Position numbers and translations under genes: made by a program
In this document: positions 51,556 through 64,000 of the stretch, piece by piece
Layout of the letters: the number at the start of each line of letters is the position of its first letter
Position numbering within the stretch: position 1 is the first letter of the stretch
The notes under the pieces: generated by a model
Database searches by the model: none
The model's input: only the letters and a program-made list of their open reading frames with translations
What the model was told of the DNA's origin: nothing
NCBI RefSeq assembly: GCF_009914755.1
Contig: NC_060935.1
Direction: 5' to 3' (one strand)
Length of the DNA stretch: 64,000 nt
Origin: the human T2T-CHM13v2.0 reference genome, Homo sapiens

Positions 51556-53349
51556 TCAATAGTGCTAAGTACAACATATTAAACTTCTAAAAGTATTAAG
51601 AAGTCATAAACTCTCTTTTCTGATTGTTGTAAATTTATTTGTATTAAGGCAAAACATCTTCCTGAGAACAACTTCAGTTTCCCATTCTCCACTGGTGTGA
51701 CCTATCATTCCTACATTCTATTAGCATTCAAATTAGAAGTGAAAATGAGATAATAAGTATACAGATTCGTTTTGATCCCTAATGAAATATGAAAAGAATT
51801 AACATGAATTGTTGTATGGTCTTTCCCTGAGTCTTAGAATAGTATTTAAATATTTTCCTAGTGCCTCATATGGCATACAAGAAAATCAAGGCTAATGTTC
51901 AGTGATCACTGTAACAAATAATTATCCAGCACTAGAACTAAGGATTAATTCGTTCAAGTTAAATATTCTTTCTAAAACTTCAAGTTGTCTCACAGTATTT
52001 TTTTTTCTTTTCATGGTGCTTTTCTTTCTATTCGTTGGTAACAATGAGATGACTTTCTAGTGTTTTTGTTCTTGTTGTGTTTTGTTTTGTTTTTAGTAAG
52101 ACAAGATGACACTTGTTATTTAGTTCACCTGGTGAACAGTCTAAAGAAATCTATTCAAAAAATGCATATTTTCTCCTGAAAACATTCAGCTTTATCTAAC
52201 TATAATATCTTGGATAATTATATTATACTTCTGTCGTTTATCACAGATTCATCTGCCTATACTGAAATTAATGTAACAGTCTTCTGTTTGTTGAATCAGA
52301 GCTCTAATATCATGATTCAATCTGTGAGCTGCTCCCCATTTGAATCAATAAAAGGCTGAGAGGTCTTGACAAGCTATATTTTTTCTAATATTGATCTTGA
52401 TGACCAAGCTGGTGCCCTTGAGTCTAACCATTGATTTTAAATGGGAGGCCTGTCAAGTTGGAGGCCAATTTTTTGCTATTAAACAGATCGGGTCTTGTAA
52501 TTAAAGAAAATGTCAGGCTGTCATATTTTACAAGAGGGCCATGGGAATATTTTCACGCAGTTTTCAAGCAAATTAGAAAGTATGCAGACCTGCTGGAGCC
52601 AAACACATACACCCAAACCAGCATAGGCTTACACAGAAACTAAATCAATGTTCAAATAGTATGTGATTCATTGGCTTTCTATTTTCCCAAGACTCAATGA
52701 TTTAAGGAATAATTTATGATTCCTGGCTCTAATAACATGCACTGCTGCATCAACTTAAAATGCATCAAACTCTTCTGAAAGAAAGTAACATTCAAATGAA
52801 AAGCTAATTTACTGTCAGGATAATGGAGAACATCCAATCCAGTCTCTGCAGCTTTTGCTTCCTGTTTCTTTCTAGTACTACTGGAAACCATAACTTCTTA
52901 CTCCTCTTTTTATGATACATTTCCTTTATTCTTCCATCAGTTCAAGAAATATTTACAGAAAAGCAACAAATAAAGAGCTGTTGAAAGATCACATTAGTGT
53001 AGAAGAAACAGACCAGTAAGCAAAACAACATTATATTTGTTGTAATATAGGTATAGTACAAGTGCCTTCAAAAGCTAAGAAGTGAAGGGCTAACTTTGCT
53101 ATGGATGTAGTACCATATTGAGCAGAGCTTGGGACTACTGTATGAGAAATTGAGAGCCTGAAATTTTTATATTGGAATGTGATAAGGACTCACATAAGTT
53201 TGAGAATTGACTTCTGAGGCTAGGGATACTATAAAATTGAACATAAAATATAGAACTTTCAGAACTGGAAAAGAAAATATTAAAATACCAAGAGAAAACA
53301 TACTAAGAACACAAATTAATAATTCTCCCAAAAGGAAATATGAATTACT

Positions 53350-53960
53350 ATAAGCTTTCAGGAAAATATTCAACCGTTATTTCTCCAAATATTGATTTTG
53401 TCCAATAAATATTGTCCTAACATTGTTTCAATAATGTCCCAGTCAATATCTCTTTTATTATTCTGTAATTTCTGTTACACTTATGTTAGTACTTCTGCCC
53501 ATGTGACATGATCTAACTTATGCTCTGTTCCTCTCATTCTTATTTTTCCTCCCAGCTTCAGTTTGCATATTTTTATTGACTTGTCTTCAAATGTATTGAT
53601 ATCATCTTTGACTGTGTTGAATCTGCTTTTAAGCCCATCCAATGACTTACTAATTCCTAATACTGTATTTTATTCCTTATACAAAATATACATTTGATTT
53701 TGTATATATTGTATTCTCTGTAAAAATATTTCATCATCTACATATTTTCTATAGTTTTTCTGTTTCTTTAATATGCTAGTCATAGTTATTTTGAAATTAT
53801 TTTCTGCTAACTACAACATCAGGAGTTTTTATAGGCCTGCATGTTAATAATCTTATCACTTTTTATTAATATCAGTCACTTTTTCTTTTTAAATATCTAG
53901 AGTGTTGGGTGGTTTTGTTTTTGCTATTTCTTTTTTTTTTTTTTGTATTCTGGAGGTTAC
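53350..53960 (-). mobile_element. Ancient L1M ORF1-region fragment
   Basis: ttttattgacttgtcttcaa...tgttgaatctgcttttaagcccatccaatga...tagtcatagttattttgaa. Confidence 0.65.
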
Positions 53961-55229
53961 AAGTGATACTTATAAACTATTGAAATTCTGAATCATGGAT
54001 CCTTCCTTAAAAAAATGTTGCACTTTGTTCTGGTAGGCACCTTGATGCTGAAGAGTCCCACTGTTAGCTTTGTTAAGATAGTCCTGTATTAGTTTGGAAA
54101 GCACAGCGTATCCGCTAAAATCTTTCCATTCTGGATGAACCAGAAAAACGATTTCCCTCCCAACAACAAAAGACTCTTGATTCTTCACTTGCTTTCTGCC
54201 TCCCAGCAGCTGCTGCCTTGTGAACTTCCATAGTCTTTCTCTGTGCTTTTGCAGTCCAGAAATTGTCCAAGGATCTAAGAAATATTTTCAACAAATAGAT
54301 GGGATGCTTATCCACATTCCGTCTTTGATAGCAGCTCCAACTTCCACTTATCAATACCACTATTCCATGTTTGCTATCTAAATACCTACAGTGAAGCCCA
54401 GAATAATATCCCAAGACTCATTTTATGCATCTCAACTCCAAAATTCCCTACGATGGTTGCCCAATGACAGCCGTCAGTTGTTTTATATGATAATATTAAT
54501 CAAACAATTGTTTTATTAAGTTTTTTTTAAAAATTTAACTATTAATATACATTAATCTCAAAGTTATTGTACTGCGTGAAAGGCAAACAAAAGAGATTAT
54601 AGAATATAGCTCGATTGTATAAAATGATGGAAAATAAAAAGGAGTCCATAGTGCAGAACACAGATCAGCAGCTAAAATTTTCATTTATATTATATGACTT
54701 TATATGGTGATAACTTTGGAGGGAAAGATTCCAAAGAGATATGAGGACACTTTTTACAGTGTTGACTGAGATGATTGTTTCATGGTGTACAGGTATAATT
54801 AAATGCAAAATTATACAATTCAAATATGTGCAATTTAGTGTATGCCAATTTTGCCTCAAAAGTTGTGAATACGCACGCATAAGTATCTGCACATATTTAT
54901 ATCTACAGAAAGACACATACAATGCTGATTAATAATTTATAAGGAAATAATATAGTAATTTTAAAGAAATTTGGAAATATGCATCAAATAGTGAAAATTT
55001 TTCAACTTCTATGAAATCCAACTCCAAGGAAATGTTATGAACTATAAACAAATATGTTTTCAGAAAGACATTTATAATAGTATTATTTAAAATCTTGAAA
55101 AACTTGATGCGTGATAAATTATCAATAAAACACTCTTAAATATTGACATAGTCACATAGTGAATTATGGTTTAATTATTACGTTGGTAAAATGTTTATAA
55201 TACAATTTACCTTTTTGCCCTTCTTTACC

Positions 55230-56150
55230 CTTTTATTTGTTTTTAGGCACATTATTACATTGAAACACATCTATATACACATTTCAATGAGTTTTGAAAA
55301 ATAAATACGCCTATAAGCCACTATCCCAATCAAAACATAGAATATTTCTGTCAATTGAGAAGTACTTTTGTGATACTTTTATTCAATACACACTATAAAC
55401 ATGTAGCCATTTCCTGATTTATAGCAACAATGATGGGTTTGGCATGTTTCTTAAATTAATATAAATGAAATAATAGACTATATACTATTATGAATTGCCT
55501 ATTTATATGAAAATATCACAATTCATATTTGGTGACTCTCTATTGGTTGAATTATGGCAAATATTTTTCTGTGTCTATTAAGATGAGCATATACCTTTTT
55601 CCTCCTTTATTATCTTACTGTAATGAATTAGGTTGATTATTTATTATTTTTTTTTTGAGACGGAGTCTCGCTTTGTCACCCATGCTGGAATGCGGTGGTG
55701 CTGTCTTGGCTCACTGCAACCTCTGCCTCCCAAGTTCAAGCAATTCTCCTGCCTCAGCCTGAGCAGCTGGGACTACAGGTGCACGATACCACGCCCGGAT
55801 AATTTTTGTATTTTTAGTAGAGACTGGGTTTCACCATATTGGCCAGGCTGGTGTCGATCTCCTGACCTTGTGATCCGCCCGCCTCGGCCTCTCAAAGTGC
55901 TGAGATTACAGGCATGAGCCACCGCACCCAGCCTGATTAGTTTTTAAGTAGGAACACCATCTGGTATTCTTTCCCACTGGGTCATGATGTATTTTTACCT
56001 ACATTATCTGATTTGATTTGCTAAATTTCTGTCAAATACTTTAATGTCCATATATAAGGGGTTATTGTTCTACAATTTGCTTTTTTTTAAGAATACCATT
56101 GTCATATTTGGGCTTCAGAGTTGTGTTGACCTTATCAAATGAGTTGAGGA
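55230..56150 (-). mobile_element. Ancient L1M 3' fragment, interrupted by an Alu
   Basis: tcaatgagttttgaaaa...ccactatcccaatcaaaacatagaatatttc; continues as gttgaccttatcaaatgagttgagg. Confidence 0.55.
55640..55933 (-). mobile_element. AluS (Sc/Sg-like)
   Basis: ttttgagacggagtctcgc...gatctcctgaccttgtgatccgcccgcctcggcc...gagccaccgcacccagcc; short TSD tgatta. Confidence 0.95.
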
Positions 56151-57254
56151 GTGACAATTTAGGACAATTTCCAGAGATTTCATTTTTGTTTAATATTTTT
56201 CACCAGTTGTGGTTCTTTCACTAGGGAAGGGGTTCTGAAACCTCATCACAATGCTCTCCTAAAATTTGTCCCTAGAGTCAAAGAGTGCTCCAGTGTTATT
56301 AAACCAAATGCTCTTACTTTGACCTTTGCCAAAGGTATAAATAATACTTAATGTCAAATTTATTTTCAAGTGGTTCTTGAAATAAGCCTTTTTAAAAAGT
56401 CGAACTCTTTAAATCAATAGTGTTAGTATTTTAAGAAAATTGTATCTTTTATTTTATGCTAGTTTGTTGTAGTATTAAAACTGACCATATTATTAATTGT
56501 GTATATAATATTCTAGCACCTATAGCTCTTTGTCCTCAAAGCCCCAGAAGATGATTAAGAAATATTTTCTTTCAGTTGTTTCTCTTTCCCTAAAAATTAC
56601 TTTTAGGCCTGTTTACTATCTACAGGTATAACTTGCCAAATTCTTTGCAGACTTTTATACCTCCTAAGCTACTACCTCTGAAGAAATCACCTTGGTTGGC
56701 TGTTTTGTTGACTGCTACTGCTGGTTAGCCAGGAGATAAATTTCAAGTGGCCACAAATTCATTCTTTGATTGTGACTGGGTTGCATCACGTGATATGAAA
56801 TATCAGAAATGTAGTACAGAAAATGTGTTCTGATAAAACATGAATATATATTTTGCATCAATCCAACAACAAAGCAAAACAAAAAATAAATTAAATAATA
56901 CATAAACAATTTTATCCATATCATTTGCCTCCTCAAATATTGCAGTGGAGTGGCAGTGTTTGAGAGGGAAATACATATAATATGAAACACCGGGGTTAAA
57001 GACAACATATGTTCCTCTAAAAAATTATCTTGTCACTTACTTGCTTTTTGAATAGAGGCAAATTATATATCCTGTATGAGCCTTCGATTCTTTATGTGTT
57101 AAAAAAATAATGCTGACTTCTTTATGGGATTGTTGTAAATATTCAATAATAGTGTTTTACACAATGCATGACCTGCAAGAAATACAATTTTTTCTCCGAA
57201 TGGTAGTTAATTGTTTCTGCTATAATATCCTTCCTTTTCATTCAGCAGAATGCA

Positions 57255-57462
57255 TTATAATATAGTCAGACAGTTAAGAAAATTGGTTCTATTCAGTCTC
57301 TCTATGCCAAATTGTATGGTATTGACAAATTATGTAGCCTTTCTATATCTCTGTTCTGCATAGGATTGCTGTAAGACAATTCAGATAGTGTGTGTGAAAT
57401 GCTTAGAACATTCTGCAACATTTTAGTAAGTATTCAATAAATATTACCCATTGTTATTATAT
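57255..57462 (+). mobile_element. MIR SINE
   Basis: cataggattgctgtaag...gtgtgaaatgcttagaaca...tagtaagtattcaataaatatta. Confidence 0.75.
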
Positions 57463-59629
57463 TCCAAAAAATCCTACATGATAAATGAGAAGAAAAAAGG
57501 ATTTAAGAGAAATTAAGTGATTTTTTTTTTTTTCCCCAGGAGCCTCAGCAAATAAATGGCCTAAACAATTGGAAGCCTAGGGATGTAATTGCTGGTCTTC
57601 TATTAAAAAGTGAAGGAGACAAGATTTTAATGAAGGTACTCATTCTATTCATAGGCTGGACAAAAATAGTGGTTTTAATAGAACGAGCTAATAAGTAAGA
57701 GATAAAAGTAGAAAACCCAGAGCTACCTGGAATTACACTACACTCAATTATACTCGATCGTATATAGACAGATTAGCCTTCCTCTCAGGTGACATCTCAC
57801 GCAATCCAAGATTTGAAGTTTTTTTTTTTTTTCTATCACTGCTATTTTCTCTAGGATAATATATTCAATGAATAGAAATCAAATAGAAATCAAATCGGCT
57901 TTAACAGTTATGATGTAAGATTACTCCAGTAAAATAACTTCACAGATGTACGTCATGATTCAGGAGTAAAAACAAATTATCTTGAAATATGTAAATCATT
58001 GTGACCCATTTTCAGCTTGAATTATTTGTGCTTTCACACAGATTTTCACTTCTTTTGCTTATAAAAGTAATGTTATTAATACATTTTTATTTGAATTTTT
58101 AATTTTAAGAACAAATGCCCATCCACTAACTTATTCTAGACTTAAGACTTTTTTTACAGACAGCTGAAAATTTGCTAAGAACATACTAACATTGAAACAG
58201 CAGGGAAATTCTCACATAGGGAAAGAGAGGAGAAAATTATTTACTTATGGTTTATGGGGATCCTATCTGCTCCAGTGAATTTAATTTACCACAGGAAAGA
58301 TGCTCTGTATACGAAATAAAATATACTTCTTTATCTCAAAGTGTACATTTCAAGGAATATTTTGTCTCCTTTACAAGAAGGATTAATTCACATAAAATTA
58401 ATATTTAGTAATAATTATTTCATGATTAAAATTCTATTTAACAAACTCCACTTAAACTGTGTCTATAATAATCAAAACAACTGAACAGCAAATATTTATT
58501 CTAATGATTTGCAGCTGCAATAGTATATATTGTGCTTGCAAAAACTTTGCCATCAGTTTATATTGCTTCATCCTTAGTCGTATCGTAGACTTTCTTGACC
58601 CAATAAGGAATTTACTGATAAATGACATTCTAGGACAAGCATATCCTAGGCTACAAATGAAGGAGAATGGTGAAGACTAGCTGCCTCTAAGGTATCTGGG
58701 ACATAAGTCAGAAAGTTCAAACCTGAGATTTAAACTCAAATTAGCCCAAAGGGGGTTGGTAAAAGGTGACATGTGAAGCTGTTTAGACGTGTATAAACAA
58801 ATTTCAATATCCCAATAGTCAACAAATATTAATTAATATAATAATGACAGTTTTGAGGGTATATATAGCTTCTGGGTGGCATAACATAATATATAAAAAA
58901 TTATGCCATGTAAATTTGCTGAACAATAATTAATACATTGCTAGCCCAAGTAGGATGTGCATACTGGTGTGTTATAAAATATTTTAAGGAACTGAAATAT
59001 TTTAGCTATCCATATCTCACAACTATACAGATGCAGTTTGATAGAAAAAGTATGTTCTATTAGTCTACTACATGAAGCATTCTGAAGTGCCATTTCATTT
59101 ATTCTATGGGTGTGCTTATGCTGTACCATGTACACTTGGACATAGAGCATCTCATTCCAAATAACTACTTTCACTTGTTCGGTAGTGACTATGTAAAGGC
59201 TAGTTTTATTTTCATCATTAAATAGTGAGAGATTTTACTGTCTAGACAAAGGAGAGAGAAAAGGCATCTTTCTATGGAGCAGGTGAAACCACCGGATTGA
59301 AAGGAAAAATGCAAGCAGTTGATTGTCACACAGCCAGAGGAATGGGTTAATACAATAACTCCTATCCCTACTACTGCTATTAAGTAACAGTGAGTGAGAG
59401 AATAGGGTAGGGAAAGGAGAAAGGGAGAGGGGAATAAGGAAAGGAAGAGAGGGGAGGAGAAAGAAGAAGAGGATGGGGAGGAGGTGCACATGTGTAATTA
59501 AAATATCCATAACACTTTAAGATGGATGCTCTAGTAGGATGTGAAAAAGATATAGTGGGAAGATAAAGAAGAAAGTAGCTTCAGAGAAGAGAATATTTGT
59601 TGTATATAATAAACAGTGGGATATTGTAA

Positions 59630-59756
59630 AAATTGCATATTCTTATTCAGTAGCTCTGTGGGTGGGGGGACGGGGTGTTGACATTCTGTGTTTTTAACTA
59701 ACAAGCTCCTAGGTAATGCTGATGTTGCTGTTCTGCAGACCAAACTTTAAGTAGCA
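59630..59756. mobile_element. MER5A hAT-Charlie fragment
   Basis: attcttattcagtagctctg...tctgtgtttttaac...aagctcctaggtaatgctgatgttgctg...gaccaaactttaagtagca. Confidence 0.85.
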
Positions 59757-59867
59757 ATTAAAGTAATTAAGTAATTAAGGGTAGAGAAGACATTGATATT
59801 TATTCTAGGCAGAGTGATGAATACCCTCTAGTAGTCATGGAAGAATAAAAGCATTTGGTCTGGCTAG

Positions 59868-59918
59868 TAGTTCACTGAGCATAAATAGTTCACTGAGCAT
59901 AAGTAGTTCACTGAACTA
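59868..59918. repeat. 18-bp minisatellite (~2.8 copies)
   Basis: tagttcactgagcataaa / tagttcactgagcataag / tagttcactgaacta. Confidence 0.95.
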
Positions 59919-60598
59919 TCAGATAATGATTTAGAAAAAAAAAGTATTACAAATGACCTCAGGCTAAACATTCTGAACATTATTTTGTGGGCAAAGGGAA
60001 GCCTACAAATGCTTCTGTTCCTAAGTGTGCCACTGTAGGCTTGTTGGTAAGGAAACCATAAACATGTTATAGTTTAAAGGGCAAGATGGAATTAGAGAAA
60101 GAGGAAGAGGAAGAACTGTTAGCAGACTTCAGCCATTGCCAGAGTGAGGAAAGCACCAGGTTGAACTTTGGAGATGGAAAAGAAAATTCCAGATTTGGCA
60201 CCTACTTCTGAGTCATCAACAGAACATAGTCAATTATTAGATGGAAATAGTTGGGATAAAAAAATAAGTAATTGACAAGGAACATTACTTTATATTTTGT
60301 GTTGTTTTATTTCGCTTTAGCCAAGAATGCATAGGAAAAAATAGATAATATTAAAAAGGTAAAAATTATGGGATGGTATGAAAGCATATAGAAAGTCTAT
60401 ATGGGTATATTGAATAGACAAAGTTTTAGAATGTAAATCGCGGAGTGGGCCATGGATATTGAAAATTAGAAGGTGACAGGGATTACACAGGGATTGAATA
60501 TATATTGCAAGCCAGTGATTTTTTTTCATAGAGTATTTCTTTTAATTAGAAAGCCACTGGTAACCTTAGCAAGAGTTGAATGATAGAAAGAAGAGACA

Positions 60599-60647
60599 AT
60601 AGAATGACACAAATTATAGAGTCGATAGAATGACGCAAATTATAGAG
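60599..60647. repeat. 23-bp tandem duplication (period 26, one mismatch)
   Basis: atagaatgacacaaattatagag / atagaatgacgcaaattatagag. Confidence 0.93.
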
Positions 60648-61449
60648 AAGTAAATGGATTTGTGTGCCTCATGGGTATATGTGTATGCAAATATGGAAAG
60701 TGGCTGTGGGAAGTAAAGCCCCTGGTAGTTGTTCTTTAATTTGGATGATAAAGGTGGCATACTTTTTGTTTCTAGAGGAACCATTCCTGTTTTCTGATTA
60801 TGAACGCGGGTAGCAGATGTCCTTGGAAAGAATGTCCACTAGATTTGCTCCAAGGCCAAGGGCATCATCCTGTAGATTCTGATAAAATAGTTAGTTAATT
60901 ATCGTATCCAAGATGAAAGCTGACAACTACAAATCATAAGGCAATTGATGATGGCAGGAAGTTTGTCAACATTCAAATCCCTCGAGTCCCATCCCTCGAA
61001 AAAGACATATTCTTCCTACTCCTTAGCAGTGATAGCGTTGTACCAATATCAAATCACAGATTTTTAGAGGGAAATGGGTATAATAAAATTGCCTATACAT
61101 TTTTATAGTAAATTCTAGAATTTCTTAAAATCTGAGAAATTATTTCAATGACAATTTTTTTCTACAGTATATCTAGGTAATGATCGCTGAGACTCATAGA
61201 GTGATGAAAATAAACATTTAGGTGTTGTATATCTCTCATATGTTTTAATAAGTTTTCAGGTGTATTTTATTTTCAGTAGACGACCCTTCGGTGGAGGATT
61301 GGGGAACAAATTTTAATTCAAGCCATTTTCTCCCAGGGCACACATGCTAATGTATTACAGAAAGCTGAACCATAATATTCTAAGCACTTCAGTTAGTCTT
61401 CACTTTTGAAATTACTCTTTTGAACTGAGTCAAAAAAAAAAAAAGAAAA

Positions 61450-61700
61450 AGACCCTTTCATTTCATTGAAGTGAAGCAAATCTCTCTGCTTTAATTAAGA
61501 GCAATCGGAGGAAATAGTGATAACAGAAGTCCAGCTCCGAGCCGTGTATAAAGAAATGATCGCGGGCTCTGGCTGCCAGCCAGGCTGCCAGGCTGTTTTT
61601 CATGGGTGTTACTCGACTGACAGTACCTTCCTGACATTTGTACCTCGACACCAGAAGTGCTAACAGCTGCGATGCCAGTGGTAGAAAAGCAAGGAAGATC
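61450..61700. promoter_or_regulatory. Candidate enhancer (CpG-retaining, motif-dense unique DNA)
   Basis: 8 CpG in ~170 bp; NFI site TGGC-N5-GCCA 61570-61582; TGACAG 61618-61623; CAGCTG 61664-61669; TTAATTAA 61491-61498. Confidence 0.45.
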
Positions 61701-64000
61701 TTTTTCAGCTTTAGTTGCTCTCAGATTCTCAGCACCCTAAGAGAATAAAGTCTGTTAAAACTGACTTCAGTTGGCTATGTCCTTTGCGAAGATTTTTGTG
61801 TTGGTGTCTGAAAAGCAGTTTTATTCCATGACATTGGGCTTAGGGGAGATGAGTTTTTCAAGACAGAAGACACATGTGGTAAATGCGTGACAAATGGCAG
61901 TAACAAAGTTGGGCTGGGAGTTCATGGTTTTATGAAATGAAATATTTCAGCAACCAATTCCGTGCTCTGTTACTTGCTGCAGACAGCCCTTTTGACCCTA
62001 CACTGAGGCAGCCAAAAAGGACTATAGGAGAAAATTTCTAGTTATCTTGAAGTTGGATGGTATTCTTAACTAATAGTGACAGATGTAGCAATATGACTTC
62101 TAGTGCTTGCTGCTAATGGCAGAGCTTCAAGCCATCAGGAAATGAGAAAGGTCAGAAGACAAGTGCACATATGTGAGAAACGAGTTCAGACGATAAAGGG
62201 TGAGATGTGGTTTTTGGAAAAGCTCATTTTGGGAACCTTTCCAGTCTGTCTTGGTGGTTTCAAGGTGATTCTTGGCACATAAGCGTATCCCTAACATTTT
62301 GACATACTCTAGAGAATCAAGGTCCTGAAAAGAATATAACACTGCTTAAATATCAAGGAGCCACGATGCACTGATAACTTGTTTCGTACATTTAATCTTC
62401 TTTATGATTTTAGCGTTGCTACTGCTTTGATCTTAAAAATAGGAAAAATGTTTAGCAAAACATAATAAATTTTCTAAAATTTAAAGGATATTTAAGAGCC
62501 CTTCTACAATAATTAACTTACTGTAAAAAAAAAGAAAACTTCTATAAATAGTTCAATTGCTAATGCTTTATAGCAGATGAGTTTTTTACAAAAGAGTTTG
62601 TATTTTTAATTTTATAACAACTGGGTTGTCTCCACATGCACTTTTCTGTCACCTCCATATTTCAGACAAATCTGGGCAGATTCTGGGTGGTGTGGTCCTA
62701 GACTGAAAACTCTGTTTCAAAATCCAAGTATAAAACTTTGTCTTTAATGACATTTCAAACGTTTCATATACACAATGAAAAGATTTTTAAACAGCATAAA
62801 AACCCATAAATGTAAGAGAAATATCTTCTTACATGTACATTATAAGTATTCTTATTGAGAGAAATAAGTGTTCTATTGATAACTTTAAGTAAATAAAGCC
62901 AAAAGGACAGAAGAAAGTCTATAATTAAGCACAATTCAATCATTGTGGCCATTTAATTCTGTTGTTTTCATGTATAATCTGAAGTCCAGAGAAGTTAAGG
63001 AAAGCATGTGATTTTATGCAGCTAATTAATGATTAGAATTCAGTATGCCAACTCCCAATCCTGGGGTTCTTTCTAGAACAACATCCCTGGACATGCTCAG
63101 AAAGCAAAAATGTCAGAATATTTTTCTTTCAGCACTAATGCTATGATTCATGTCAAAACAAAAACTTCAGCTGAAGAAATAAAGATAAATTGATTTAATG
63201 TGATGGCATCACATCATAGTAATTTCAAAAACTTTTGAGAATTATTTTTTTTTTTTGTAATTAACTCTCCAATCGGCAATGGCAGAGAGGAGCATCACCC
63301 AAAACATCTACAGGGAAGTCTGCATATTTTTTTCATTTCATTGCTAATGAGCCATTTTCACCTGGCTCCTGCTCCCACTACTCCCCCATGAAGAACCAGC
63401 TGTCAGTTTCCACAGCTGAGCAGGTTTGGTACCAGACAGGTGGCAGCAGGGTGGGGAAGAAATTGTGTCAGTGGGATGTAGTTAATCTGGAATTATGGTG
63501 ATCCACCTGGTATCATTAAACATTGACTCCATATCATGAATGGTTCACTACAAGACAATCAACACTTAAATTAAAAGTTAAAGTTTTAAATATCCTTGAA
63601 AAGACAAATATGAAGGTTTGGTATTAATTGAAAATCTGCAGTCTTATACACATTAGATCAACTAAGTCCATTTAGAGATGACAGAATTTTATATTCTGTT
63701 TATAGAAAAGGTGAATTGGACTGTGCTATTCCAGATTCTAACATTCACTCACTCTGTAAGCTTTTTATGCTATAGGCTCTGTGGGGGAAAAAGCAAAACA
63801 AAACAAAAAACTATCTTGACATCAGTAGCACTGGGTTGAAGCTTAAATGGGTTAATATATTCGGAAGGATTTTGTAAACTGATACTTAATATGTGTGTAA
63901 GTATGGAGTCTACTGTTATCATTGGTATTTACTTCATGATTATTTTTAACTCTCACAATAACCTAGAAAACGTCCTTAATGTGTCAAATGATATGGCCAA

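Noticed and set aside
57521-57545. Strong plus-strand acceptor (T)nCCCCAG|G
   Set aside because: Poly(T) expansion in MIR-like sequence with no convincing donor downstream.
59400-59485. Purine-rich tract as G-quadruplex or triplex element (also 32531-32632)
   Set aside because: Low-complexity sequence with irregular G-runs and long loops; no independent support.

Overview
AT-rich, gene-poor human genomic DNA, intergenic or deep intronic. A human-specific AluYb9 fixes the species. I find no credible protein-coding gene: the supplied ORFs that can be explained are Alu-, L1-, ERV- or microsatellite-derived, and the rest look like chance ORFs in AT-rich DNA. The window is a mosaic of old repeats (MIR, L2, L3/CR1, MLT1 LTRs, MER2/MER3/MER5A/MER96 DNA transposons, L1M) and Alus. 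A dense retroelement block spans ~37.1-47.5 kb. It contains a 5'-inverted (twin-primed) L1 and a 3'-truncated MER57-type ERV1 provirus with 5' LTR, tRNA-Leu PBS, integrase relic, an embedded tRNA-Glu-like relic and an AluYb9. It also contains an LTR19-type solo LTR and an old L1M. The most notable observations: (i) a 152-bp piece of the provirus interior copied 3 kb away into a ~466-bp composite insertion inside the L1, which looks like a microhomology-mediated template-switch event; (ii) the tRNA-Glu-like A-box/B-box cassette inside the provirus; (iii) a well-formed minus-strand candidate exon at 35139-35242; (iv) CpG-retaining, motif-rich unique segments that are candidate enhancers; (v) several short tandem duplications built on palindromes. 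I do not see evidence of a new multi-gene system. Repeat subfamily names are from memory of consensus sequences, old-repeat boundaries are approximate, and both should be confirmed with RepeatMasker/Dfam.
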